A DNA stretch of 51,391 bases from positions 1 to 51,391 of the forward strand of contig JBDKUN010000002.1 in the NCBI GenBank assembly GCA_039679675.1, read 5' to 3'. The position numbers and the translations under genes are program-made. A model generated the notes under the pieces. It did no database searches, had not been told where the DNA came from, and was given only the letters and a program-made list of their open reading frames with translations. This document shows positions 1 through 7,868 of the stretch, in pieces. The stretch's first letter is position 1, and each line of letters starts with the position of its first letter. The stretch comes from Armatimonadota bacterium. Lineage in GTDB: Bacteria > Armatimonadota > UBA5829 > DTLH01.

Positions 1-229
1 CGACCCGGACATAGCGGGTTTTGCCGTTATCACGCTCGCATTCAGACAGAACGCTCATACCGGTGGGGTAGATAATCAGTCCGAGATCTGCAAAGCGTGG
101 ATGGAGTTCGCTCGTCAGCCGGTCTTCTGACAAATATTTGTAGCCGCCTGCCTCCTTGGGCATCTGCCGGTCAGGGGCGAGATATGGTACCTGCAGCATC
201 ACGCTGAGTAGCTTAGTTTTAACAGACAT
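1..229 (-). CDS. ERF-family single-strand annealing protein, N-terminal part (runs off window)
   Basis: Not in the ORF track. Own translation MSVKTKLLSVMLQVPYLAPDRQMPKEAGGYKYLSEDRLTSELHPRFADLGLIIYP after AAAGGA; the YKY.SE..L...L.P....GL.I.P pattern resembles ERF N-termini. Confidence 0.55.
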   Translation of the reverse strand, partial: MSVKTKLLSVMLQVPYLAPDRQMPKEAGGYKYLSEDRLTSELHPRFADLGLIIYPTGMSVLSECERDNGKTRYVRV

Positions 230-253
230 CTGAATATCCTTTCGTATGAAAAA

Positions 254-484
254 CTATCTGGAGGGTGTCCCCTGCGTCACTTGCCGGTACTGTGCATAGT
301 CTTGCATGGCCGCCTCCGCGCCGATCGGCGTGTCAGGCCGGTGCATTATCCTGACAAAATCGTTGTGAGCTGCTATGGCTCCGCAGATGCAGCCGACGAT
401 TGCGGCGATAACAAGGAGCCGCCTAAACCACTGCCGAGAATCGCGGCTGAGCTGGTCCCAACCGGGCACTAAATATCTGAGCAT
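254..484 (-). CDS. Phage hypothetical membrane protein
   Basis: ORF with one hydrophobic segment (LLVIAAIVGCICGAIAA); ATG at 484 preferred as start. Confidence 0.55.
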   Translation of the reverse strand: MLRYLVPGWDQLSRDSRQWFRRLLVIAAIVGCICGAIAAHNDFVRIMHRPDTPIGAEAAMQDYAQYRQVTQGTPSR

Positions 485-491
485 GTCGGCT

Positions 492-605
492 TCAACTCCC
501 ACGGATGATCATCAGCTGGCATACCGCAGCCATCAATATCAGCGCGGTAATAATCCCAGCCAAGATGTTCGATACGGCTTTGCAGAGATCACGGTTATTC
601 ATCAT
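492..605 (-). CDS. Small phage hypothetical protein (37 aa, hydrophobic)
   Basis: Own translation MMNNRDLCKAVSNILAGIITALILMAAVCQLMIIRGS; GAGG upstream; overlaps the upstream ORF end. Confidence 0.45.
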   Translation of the reverse strand: MMNNRDLCKAVSNILAGIITALILMAAVCQLMIIRGS

Positions 606-756
606 GGCTAGACCTCAACTCCAGCAGTGCCATTAAGAGAGCTCCGACAACCTCCCCAATAATTAAGGGCCAGTACTCCTGTTTTTCGTCGACCAGGCTG
701 TTTAGCTTATCGAGTGCATCATGGATATGCTTTTTGACTTTATCGATGTCCATCAT
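595..756 (-). CDS. Small phage hypothetical protein (53 aa)
   Basis: Own translation MMDIDKVKKHIHDALDKLNSLVDEKQEYWPLIIGEVVGALLMALLELRSSHDE; TAATG coupling to the upstream xis-like gene and GGAGG upstream. Confidence 0.55.
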   Translation of the reverse strand: MMDIDKVKKHIHDALDKLNSLVDEKQEYWPLIIGEVVGALLMALLELRSSHDE

Positions 757-956
757 TAGGCCTCCACTTTGCCGAAGAACTCCGGCATCTCTAAAAACTT
801 CTTTAGCGCCGCCTTAGGAATGACGATCTTGCGCCCGAACCGCTGATGGGGTATGCGCTTTTCGCGGATCGCGTCATACAATGAATTCTCGCCGATGCCG
901 ATCACCCGGGCAGCCTCCGGCACTGAATAGGTTTCGCGCGAAAGTCCGTCACTCAT
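756..956 (-). CDS. Excisionase-family (HTH_17) DNA-binding protein
   Basis: TYSVPEAARVIGIGENSLYDAIREKRIPHQRFGRKIVIPK is a typical winged-HTH excisionase pattern; GGAGG precedes ATG at 956. Confidence 0.8.
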   Translation of the reverse strand: MSDGLSRETYSVPEAARVIGIGENSLYDAIREKRIPHQRFGRKIVIPKAALKKFLEMPEFFGKVEA

Positions 957-1265
957 GTCGGCCTCCAAGATAATTATCATTGACTAGGTAAGCTGATCGT
1001 GGTACGCTTGCAGTAATGGGATGGGAGTCAGCCCCGGCCAAGGAAACTGACCCCTTATCCTCTCCCCAACCATCCGGCTTCCTGCCGTTTGCGCCTCCTG
1101 GACGATTTAAAATCTGTTGTTTTTTCATAATTCGCCTCTTCAAAAATCCGGTATTACTCACAGTTACAAACTCATCATTTGCGGGATAAACTGAATACAT
1201 CCCCCGCCATCGCCACTGCTAGAATTGCGTCACCCTGGGTAAATTAAAGAGGGTGATAATGCAAA

Positions 1266-1460
1266 TCAGTTAGCTACATATTCGCCGTGAATTGGCACAA
1301 GTTTCGATTCAGTTGCGAGTTTATAGCCAAGCTTACGAATGCGGTTGTAGACCTCATTGTAATCACGGCCTAGCGAATTAACGGCTTGGCGCAGATTAGA
1401 ATGAGTTGAAAGTGCATGGTTGATATCGGCTATAAACTCCTTATCTGATTCACTCAACAT
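1266..1460 (-). CDS. Cro-like small DNA-binding protein (first early gene)
   Basis: Divergent from the repressor, strong AAAGGAG SD, HTH-like NLRQAVNSLGRDYNEVYNRIRKLG. Confidence 0.55.
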   Translation of the reverse strand: MLSESDKEFIADINHALSTHSNLRQAVNSLGRDYNEVYNRIRKLGYKLATESKLVPIHGEYVAN

Positions 1461-1475
1461 AAGCAATCTCCTTTT

Positions 1476-1532
1476 TGACTACTGATTGTTAGTCATCGCA
1501 TTATATATACCATGACTAACAATTGATAGTCA
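1476..1532. promoter_or_regulatory. Two palindromic operators TGACTA-N8-TAGTCA (1476-1495, 1513-1532) in the lysis/lysogeny switch
   Basis: Read directly: tgacta-ctgattgt-tagtca and tgacta-acaattga-tagtca; a further TGACTA half-site lies just before the repressor ATG. Confidence 0.75.
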
Positions 1533-1549
1533 ATAGATTTTAAGACAGA

Positions 1550-1578
1550 TTGAAAATATATTTTTAAAGGGCTATGAT
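1550..1578 (+). promoter_or_regulatory. Sigma70-type promoter for the repressor (probably leaderless mRNA)
   Basis: TTGAAA(1550-1555)-17 bp-TATGAT(1573-1578); ATG follows 8 nt later with no SD. Confidence 0.6.
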
Positions 1579-1586
1579 GACTACAA

Positions 1587-1949
1587 ATGAGTTATAGTGA
1601 AGCGTTGGCCTCGCTAATGAGGGAAGTAACAACTAAAAAAAGCCAGCGGCAATTGGCGAAGGAATCAGATGTCAGCCAAGGCACAATTGGCAATATGGTG
1701 ATGGGTCGCATACCATCTCGCGATGTAGCATTGCGGGTAGCAAAGGCAGCAGATATCGATGAAATCGCAATGTTACTCGCTTGTAACTATGACGAGCCAG
1801 ATAATCCAGTTGATGCGATAGAAAGTGTAATCATAAAATATCGTCTAACCGGCAAGCTTTCGCCTGAAAAGCAAGAAAAGCTGATGCAGTGCATACGCGA
1901 AATCGTTGAAGACGCTGATAGTATTCCTGAAGATGAGTTTGTAAACTAG
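1587..1949 (+). CDS. XRE/HTH_3 phage repressor (ImmR-like)
   Basis: SQRQLAKESDVSQGTIGNM HTH; no S24 peptidase domain; followed by an ImmA-type protease. Confidence 0.85.
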   Translation: MSYSEALASLMREVTTKKSQRQLAKESDVSQGTIGNMVMGRIPSRDVALRVAKAADIDEIAMLLACNYDEPDNPVDAIESVIIKYRLTGKLSPEKQEKLMQCIREIVEDADSIPEDEFVN

Positions 1950-1969
1950 CAATACATAACGTAATTTAG

Positions 1970-2028
1970 GCCCGCAGCAGTATCACGGGCTGCTTATAGC
2001 AGTTTTTGGTAATGCCTGCGGGCTTTTT
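1970..2028 (+). terminator. Long hairpin with U-tract between repressor and immA
   Basis: GCCCGCAG...CTGCGGGC-TTTTT with inner CTGCT-TAT-AGCAG hairpin. Confidence 0.55.
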
Positions 2029-2052
2029 GTCTTTATAGGGCAGTAGCAGGCA

Positions 2053-2643
2053 TTGAGAATTACAATTCATGAGGGCGTCCCGTCCGATCCGCTTGTTCGC
2101 TATGCGGAATCTGCTTGGAAACGGCTCAAGCTTGAGCCTCCGGTCGATCTCGATAGTGTTAGACGTTTTTTGAAAATCAGGCTGTCTAAAAAGCCTTTGG
2201 ATCCCGAAATATGCGGGATGTATATTGTTACATCAAAAGGCCGAAGAATGATCCAGCTCAACAGTCTATTGGACCTGAGCCCAACACGTAAGCGCTGGAC
2301 TATAGCCCACGAGCTGGGGCATCACCTCATGCTCCCAAGAGATGCCGCACCGGGAGCATTTTACGATGTTAAAGATAATTTTACCGCTGAATTATCAGGA
2401 TCAACTGATGAGGTTCGCGCGAATCGTTTCGCCGCGGAGCTCCTGATGCCGCATTGGCTGGTTAATAAATGGTATGATGAGCTATACTCCAACCCAACAG
2501 GCCGGATAATAATTATGGCCGACCGGTTTGGAGTGAGTATATCAGCTATGATGATCCGCCTGAGAGAATTACGACTGCAGAGTCGAAATACTTCCGTGCG
2601 GAAGCGTATTATAAAAGAGGTTGATTGGAATAAAGGAGAATAG
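2053..2643 (+). CDS. ImmA/IrrE family metallo-endopeptidase (antirepressor)
   Basis: RWTIAHELGHH (HExxH), E..ANRFAAELLMP and FGVS..A...RL motifs. Confidence 0.9.
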   Translation: MRITIHEGVPSDPLVRYAESAWKRLKLEPPVDLDSVRRFLKIRLSKKPLDPEICGMYIVTSKGRRMIQLNSLLDLSPTRKRWTIAHELGHHLMLPRDAAPGAFYDVKDNFTAELSGSTDEVRANRFAAELLMPHWLVNKWYDELYSNPTGRIIIMADRFGVSISAMMIRLRELRLQSRNTSVRKRIIKEVDWNKGE

Positions 2644-2647
2644 TGAT

Positions 2648-3328
2648 ATGAACACAAAACGGTCTCTTGTAGTATCAATCGTCTTGATGTTAATAGGGGT
2701 TTCCATTTGTGCTGCCGAAGGTAATATCCCTCATCCTTGGTGGAACCTATCTGCTACTCAAATAAAGCAATATTTCGATAGGGGTATAGCCTCAAAAAAT
2801 ATGGGATATGATAGTTTGAGTCTTTCATTTAAGATAACCCCAAGAGTCCAAATAGGAGACTCAGGTATAACCTTAATAAATGTCTCCATAGATACACCAC
2901 CTAATACATTGGCAGGTGCCGGTTGGGTTATGGAACATGAGAAGAAATCTGAATCAGAAAAGGCCGAATTTCTAAATGTGGCGATAAAAAGAAAGTATAC
3001 AACTGTAGATTTCTCAGTTTATCTGACAAGTAAAAGCAATCTGGATGATCTCTACAATGTCACTTATGCCCTGGAAACTGATAAGGGTGTTATCCTAAAA
3101 CGTATCAGCCCTGCAGAAACTCCAAGCACATCTGTTGGAAGCACTGATGTTAGCAGTTGGTTTAATTTCCATAGTTATCCCCGGTTCAGTATCACAGATG
3201 ATAAAGGCAATATTGAGGTAACGCCAAGCACAAAATGGCTGAAGCTTTGGATAATTTCGTCTAGCCGCACATCAGTAACATACTGGATCGACGGCTCAAA
3301 CAAAACCGAAGTAAGAGCAGAAAATTAA
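2648..3328 (+). CDS. Exported hypothetical protein in the lysogeny module
   Basis: AAAGGAG SD; Sec-type signal peptide MNTKRSLVVSIVLMLIGVSICAA; AT-rich. Confidence 0.7.
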   Translation: MNTKRSLVVSIVLMLIGVSICAAEGNIPHPWWNLSATQIKQYFDRGIASKNMGYDSLSLSFKITPRVQIGDSGITLINVSIDTPPNTLAGAGWVMEHEKKSESEKAEFLNVAIKRKYTTVDFSVYLTSKSNLDDLYNVTYALETDKGVILKRISPAETPSTSVGSTDVSSWFNFHSYPRFSITDDKGNIEVTPSTKWLKLWIISSSRTSVTYWIDGSNKTEVRAEN

Positions 3329-3359
3329 TCCATGAAGAATATGTGCTATAATTACCTCA

Positions 3360-3451
3360 TCAGCCCGCCAGGCCAACTGAATAAGATTTGATGCCGTATC
3401 GGCATCACTTACGGGCAACTCATACTCTGGCGGGCGTGAGCTGCCCGTTTT
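3360..3451 (+). ncRNA. Candidate structured leader or small RNA upstream of the integrase
   Basis: Extended -10 TGCTATAAT at 3344-3352; hairpin TGATGCCG-TAT-CGGCATCA; terminator-like stem 3411-3422/3437-3448 plus Ts whose loop (CTGGCGGGC) is complementary to 3363-3371. Confidence 0.45.
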
Positions 3452-3497
3452 GCATTTTGGGGATTGCAATATCCGCGAGGAGGTCTAGCCAAAACTC

Positions 3498-4691
3498 ATG
3501 AAAGGCTCAAAAATACCGCTTGGTGATCCCAAGTCCTGGCGATTGGTCTATGATGCTCCCAGGAAGGAGAACGGGAAGCGCAATCAGATATGGGTGACTT
3601 TTCACGGGACATCCAAGCAGGCTGACGCAGAGCGCGCCAGGCTGATCCACGAGGCAGAAAGCGGCCAGTATGTGGATCCATCCAAGATGACCGTCGATGA
3701 GTTGCTGCAGAAGTATCTTGATGCGAATGAGGGGCGCTGGGCTCGGAAGACACATCTTGGTTATAGCGAGAAGATTAAGAATTATATATCTCCACAGCTG
3801 GGCAATACTCAGATTGAGAAACTGACAGCGTCCAGGATCGACAAGTTTCTCAGCGAGATTCAGAAGACGGGGAGAAAAAAGCCGTTGATACTGCCTGATC
3901 CGACCACTGGAGAGGATCAGGAGTGGACGGGTGTTTCAAGCCAAACAGCAAATCATTGCCGGGCTATCCTGCGATCGGCCATTAACTGGGGCATACGAAA
4001 GGAAGTAATTAAACTGAATACTAATCCTGTCTCTAGAACTGATTCTATAAAGGTTAAGCACGAGGAAATGAAAACGCTAACAGCTGAGGAGTCAGTCAGG
4101 CTTGTTGATGCCTGTAATGGTAGTATCTGGGAAATGCCTATCGTCTTGAGCCTATACACTGGTATGCGCCAGGGTGAGTGTTTGGCGCTGCGGTGGTCGG
4201 ATGTGGATTTCAAGGCCGGAACTATCAAAGTAAGACATTCTCTTCAATACATCCAAGGCAAGCTATCATTAAAGGTGCCGAAGAACGACTACAGTGAGCG
4301 AACCTTTGAGGCGACTCCGGAGCTGCTGGAACTATTGAAGAAACATAAAGAGGTCCAGAAGCTTAGAAAGCTGGAATATGGCGATGTGTATCAGAACCTG
4401 AATCTTGTATGTGCAATGGAAGACGGATATTATATGAGGACCTCAATGCTTTGCAAAGGCTTAAGGGAAATCATTGACCAGGCAAAGGTCACACGGATCC
4501 GGTTCCACGATTTGCGTCATACTCACATCTCATTGAGCCTTGCAAATGGTGAATCTCTGGTAAGAGTTTCCCGAAGAGTTGGCCATGCAGATCCAACAAT
4601 TACCCTGAAAAGATATAGCCACTGTATACCTGGCGATATGGGTGCACCGGTGCAACTTGCAGATGCATTGAAGCGCGCGCGAGAGCAATAA
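3498..4691 (+). CDS. int: Phage/ICE tyrosine integrase
   Basis: Catalytic motifs TGMRQGE, FHDLRHT, VGHADP, RYSH; N-terminal arm-binding region; GAGGAGG SD. Confidence 0.95.
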   Translation: MKGSKIPLGDPKSWRLVYDAPRKENGKRNQIWVTFHGTSKQADAERARLIHEAESGQYVDPSKMTVDELLQKYLDANEGRWARKTHLGYSEKIKNYISPQLGNTQIEKLTASRIDKFLSEIQKTGRKKPLILPDPTTGEDQEWTGVSSQTANHCRAILRSAINWGIRKEVIKLNTNPVSRTDSIKVKHEEMKTLTAEESVRLVDACNGSIWEMPIVLSLYTGMRQGECLALRWSDVDFKAGTIKVRHSLQYIQGKLSLKVPKNDYSERTFEATPELLELLKKHKEVQKLRKLEYGDVYQNLNLVCAMEDGYYMRTSMLCKGLREIIDQAKVTRIRFHDLRHTHISLSLANGESLVRVSRRVGHADPTITLKRYSHCIPGDMGAPVQLADALKRAREQ

Positions 4692-4712
4692 AACTGCAGT
4701 TTTTGTACACCT

Positions 4713-4731
4713 TGTTAGAAATCTGTTAGAA
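4713..4731. repeat. TGTTAGAA direct repeat x2, putative integrase arm-type sites
   Basis: Copies at 4713-4720 and 4724-4731 (11-bp period) between the int stop and the tRNA 3' end. Confidence 0.5.
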
Positions 4732-4738
4732 GAACAGC

Positions 4739-4777
4739 AAAAAGGCCCTTCGAGAAATCATCCCGAAGGGCCTTTTT
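4739..4777. terminator. Bidirectional intrinsic terminator between int and tRNA-Ser
   Basis: AAAAAGGCCCTTCG...CGAAGGGCCTTTTT. Confidence 0.8.
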
Positions 4778-4789
4778 GAGCTCAAATAT

Positions 4790-4877
4790 TGGCGGAGGCG
4801 GAGGGATTCGAACCCCCGGTAGCTTTCACTACGACGGTTTTCAAGACCGCTCCCTTAAACCACTCGAGCACGCCTCC
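4790..4877 (-). tRNA. tRNA-Ser(TGA); integration site of the left element
   Basis: Reverse complement GGAGGCG...anticodon loop CTTGAAA...long variable arm...GGTTCGAATCC...CGCCTCCGCCA; promoter TTGCCA-17-TATAAT at 4916-4888. Confidence 0.95.
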
Positions 4878-4938
4878 AATATACGAGATTATATCAAATC
4901 CTTACCCATCTGGCAACCATTCCAGTTGCTCAAGTTTA

Positions 4939-4967
4939 TTGTAAACATCGAACATATGTGCTATAAT
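4939..4967 (+). promoter_or_regulatory. recA promoter with a LexA-like box in the spacer
   Basis: TTGTAA-17-TATAAT with CGAAC-ATAT-GTGCT between the hexamers. Confidence 0.7.
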
Positions 4968-5126
4968 AATGACATAGAAATGGCCTGTTCCTGACAAGAT
5001 AGTCTTGTAATCAGCTAATAAACGAACCATTAACATCCGTTAATGGTTATGTCCTCTGATATATCTTCCTATGTGCCCATAATTAGCTCCAATTATCTAG
5101 GGAACAGTGCTTCTTGCAGTACAGCG

Positions 5127-5142
5127 TCGAACGCATGTGCGA
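5127..5142. promoter_or_regulatory. Second LexA-like box upstream of recA
   Basis: TCGAAC-GCAT-GTGCGA, similar to the Gram-positive CGAAC-N4-GTTCG consensus. Confidence 0.65.
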
Positions 5143-5183
5143 TGTTAGAGGGTTTCACGAGCTGGAACTCTATAGGAGGAAAC

Positions 5184-6215
5184 GTGGATAAACAGAAAGC
5201 CCTGGAGCTGACGCTATCTCAGATAGAGAAGCAGTTTGGAAAGGGCTCCATAATGAAACTTGGTGAATCGACAGGTGCGAACGTCGAGGTCATTTCGACC
5301 GGAGCACTGCCTGTCGATATAGCGCTCGGTGTTGGGGGTATCCCCCGCGGGCGAATGACTGAAATATATGGGCCTGAGGCTTCCGGTAAGACGACTCTCG
5401 GACTTCATATAATTGCTGAAGCTCAGCGCGCTGGCGGTGTTGCAGCTTTTATCGATGCAGAGCATGCTGTCGATCCTGAATACGCGCGGAACCTTGGCGT
5501 GAAGGTGGACGATCTTCTGGTGGCCCAACCCGGCACAGGTGAGGAGGCTCTTGAGATAGTCGATGGACTGGTCCGAAGCGGGGCAGTAGATGTAATCGTG
5601 GTCGACTCTGTAGCCGCACTAGTGCCAAAAGCCGAAGTAGAAGGGGATATGGGCGACTCACACGTAGGCCTTCAGGCGAGACTCATGTCTCAGGCGCTGA
5701 GAAAACTTGCGTCGTCAGCGGCCAAATCCAGGACCGCAATCGTATTCATCAACCAGATCAGGGAGAAGATCGGTATTATGTTCGGCAACCCTGAGACCAC
5801 ACCGGGAGGAAGGGCTCTCAAGTTCTGGGCATCGGTGCGGATCGAGGTGCGGAGGGTCGACAGCCTCAAACTCGGCACAGACATTGTAGGTAACAGGACG
5901 AAAGCAAAGATCGTAAAGAACAAGGTTGCGCCTCCGTTCAGGCAGGCTGAGTTCGACATTATGTTCGGACGCGGTATCTCCAGGTCCGGCTCGGTCCTCG
6001 ATATGGCGGTCGAAGCGGGACTAGTCGAAAAGTCCGGCACGTGGTTTACATACGGTGACCAACGTCTGGCTCAGGGCCGTGAGAACGCAAAGGTATTTCT
6101 TGAAGAAAATCCCGATGTAGCAGAAGAGATCGAAAAGAAGATCCGTGAGCAGTCGGGACAGATAAAGACGATAGCCGCAGACGAGAAGGAAACTGGGGTA
6201 AAGACCGCAGCGTAA
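5184..6215 (+). CDS. recA: Recombinase A
   Basis: [10 protein letters not shown]-loop, [23 protein letters not shown]; start corrected to GTG 5184 after AGGAGG. Confidence 0.98.
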   Translation: MDKQKALELTLSQIEKQFGKGSIMKLGESTGANVEVISTGALPVDIALGVGGIPRGRMTEIYGPEASGKTTLGLHIIAEAQRAGGVAAFIDAEHAVDPEYARNLGVKVDDLLVAQPGTGEEALEIVDGLVRSGAVDVIVVDSVAALVPKAEVEGDMGDSHVGLQARLMSQALRKLASSAAKSRTAIVFINQIREKIGIMFGNPETTPGGRALKFWASVRIEVRRVDSLKLGTDIVGNRTKAKIVKNKVAPPFRQAEFDIMFGRGISRSGSVLDMAVEAGLVEKSGTWFTYGDQRLAQGRENAKVFLEENPDVAEEIEKKIREQSGQIKTIAADEKETGVKTAA

Positions 6216-6269
6216 GATTGAAGGAGGATTCGAGTCGAACGGATCGACTCGTTCGACTCTTTACATATT

Positions 6270-6824
6270 ATGTTCGATATAAAAAAGGCGTTGATTAAAG
6301 TCCAGGGCGGTAAAGATTACCTGCCGGTGGCATCCCGGCTGGTTTGGTTCAGAGAAGAGCACCCGGACTGGGCTATAGTGACTGAGCCGGTAGCTATCGA
6401 GCTCGAGAAGGGGCATGCCATATTCAAAGCGACTGTATATAACGCAGAAGGCAAGTCCATCGGTTCGGGAACGAAGATGGAGACCGCACGAGGGTTTGCA
6501 GACTTCGTCGAAAAAGCCGAAACCGGGGCTATAGGCCGGGCGTTAGCCGTTTGCGGCTACGGCACTCAGTTCGCTCCCGAACTGGAAGAGGGCGAACGAA
6601 TAGTCGATAGCCAACAGCCGATGACTGGGAGGCCGACAAAGGCGGAATCAGGCTCTAAAAGCGGACAATCCGCCAATTACCACTGTTCGAATGAAGAGTG
6701 CGGCCGCGAGATAACAAAAGGCCAGTATGAATACAGCAAGAAGACCTTTGGAGAGCCGCTATGTCCAAGCTGCCAGAGGCAGCGTTCCGGCATCTCAAAG
6801 GGCTTTCTTTCACTGAACGAATAA
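6270..6824 (+). CDS. Rad52/Sak-like single-strand annealing protein with C-terminal Zn finger (putative)
   Basis: KDYLPVASRLVWFREEHP...EKAETGAIGRALAVCGYG resembles the Rad52-fold SSAP signature; C-terminal CxxxxC...CxxC. Confidence 0.55.
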   Translation: MFDIKKALIKVQGGKDYLPVASRLVWFREEHPDWAIVTEPVAIELEKGHAIFKATVYNAEGKSIGSGTKMETARGFADFVEKAETGAIGRALAVCGYGTQFAPELEEGERIVDSQQPMTGRPTKAESGSKSGQSANYHCSNEECGREITKGQYEYSKKTFGEPLCPSCQRQRSGISKGFLSLNE

Positions 6825-6835
6825 AAGAGAAACAA

Positions 6836-6869
6836 AAAGGGCGTTCAACATGCATGTTGAACGCCCTTT
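6836..6869. terminator. 34-bp perfect palindrome, bidirectional terminator
   Basis: AAAGGGCGTTCAACATG-CATGTTGAACGCCCTTT between convergent genes. Confidence 0.8.
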
Positions 6870-6884
6870 AAAGTATCTGAAGAA

Positions 6885-7601
6885 TTATTGTGTTGAAAGT
6901 TTTGGCATTGCAATTGATTTTCCGGGATCATATGTTGTGGAATACGGATTATCGTAAACTATAGCGTAGTACGGTATCTTCTGGATCCTGTCTGCTGCGG
7001 TGCCCTGGACTACATGCATATCGAGCATCAGGAAATTAACACATTTGACGGTATTATCTGAACCGCACTCAACTTTTCTGCCCCTGTGGAACCCGGTAGA
7101 CAGGTCGCAGAGCAGCAAATCTCTGCTTGGTCTTGCCCACTGCTCCGGCCTTCTCGGCGTATAAACGGAAGTAGTGCCCCACAGGACATCAGTGTTTCCA
7201 TAGTTGGCTAGATAAGCGCCGTAGGGATAATAATAGCTGGAAAAAGACCCGTAAAGCCGCCACTTTGGAGATTCCTGCCCGTAACCACGGTCTCCAGGAC
7301 AAATCCAGAGCCTTTGTGGGTTGCCGGTAGCATCGGGTTTGTTTTCTTTGCAGTATTTTACCAATGGATCAGGGCGGAGTTGCCATTCATTTGTGTAGGG
7401 GCCGGGGATAGAAAAACCGTAGTTGTCATCAAGGTACATAGCGAAGGCATTACCAAGCTGTTTTAGGTTGGAACTACAAGTCCGCATTCGGGCCGTGTCC
7501 TGAGCCTGGCGAATTACAGGAAATAGTATCCCCGCAAGCACAGCTATAATAGCTATGACTACGAGCAACTCTGCAAGTGTAAACCCTCTTGCACCTTTCA
7601 C
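6885..7601 (-). CDS. Prepilin-type N-terminal cleavage/methylation protein (DUF1559-like)
   Basis: [40 protein letters not shown], and a C-terminal H...NFLMLDMHV motif. Confidence 0.85.
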   Translation of the reverse strand: MKGARGFTLAELLVVIAIIAVLAGILFPVIRQAQDTARMRTCSSNLKQLGNAFAMYLDDNYGFSIPGPYTNEWQLRPDPLVKYCKENKPDATGNPQRLWICPGDRGYGQESPKWRLYGSFSSYYYPYGAYLANYGNTDVLWGTTSVYTPRRPEQWARPSRDLLLCDLSTGFHRGRKVECGSDNTVKCVNFLMLDMHVVQGTAADRIQKIPYYAIVYDNPYSTTYDPGKSIAMPKLSTQ

Positions 7602-7868
7602 TGCATTCCCTTCCCTGCGTCCGTCTTATGACGGATCTTTATCGGCCTTCCCGGATTTCCGGGTGACCAACTTAATTCTGAATGAGTTTACCCACCCACA
7701 AGTAAAACTACACGAGTTAATCGGTGAATCGCAACTAACCCACTATTGGAATATAGCACGACTGCTATAAGATGTCAATACATCTTGCGGCTGGCAATTT
7801 AAAAAGATGCAATTATTCGCTTGTATCTTAGTATTATCGGTATATTCCAGTAATATTACCAGGTTCTA

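Larger units (their letters stand above)
1..4790. mobile_element. End of a prophage (or ICE-like element) integrated at the 3' end of tRNA-Ser; continues beyond the left edge of the window
   Basis: Tyrosine integrase abuts the tRNA 3' end; repressor/ImmA pair, divergent Cro-like and excisionase-like genes, short coupled early ORFs and an ERF-like recombination gene. Confidence 0.85.

Noticed and set aside
606..616. GAGGTCTAGCC shared between a phage early-gene RBS (minus strand) and the integrase RBS
   Set aside because: Short and partly explained by the SD sequence; likely chance.
949..1200. 83-aa ORF in the phage early region
   Set aside because: No recognisable motif and an uncertain start (1128 or 1200); may be real but cannot be supported.
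4776..4994. 72-aa ORF in the track
   Set aside because: Antisense to tRNA-Ser and runs through two promoters; spurious.
5043..5183. N-terminal extension of RecA in the ORF track
   Set aside because: A strong AGGAGG precedes GTG 5184, where RecA similarity begins; the extension overlaps the SOS box. Similar over-extensions were trimmed for pdxT, pdxS, rplU and the SDR gene.
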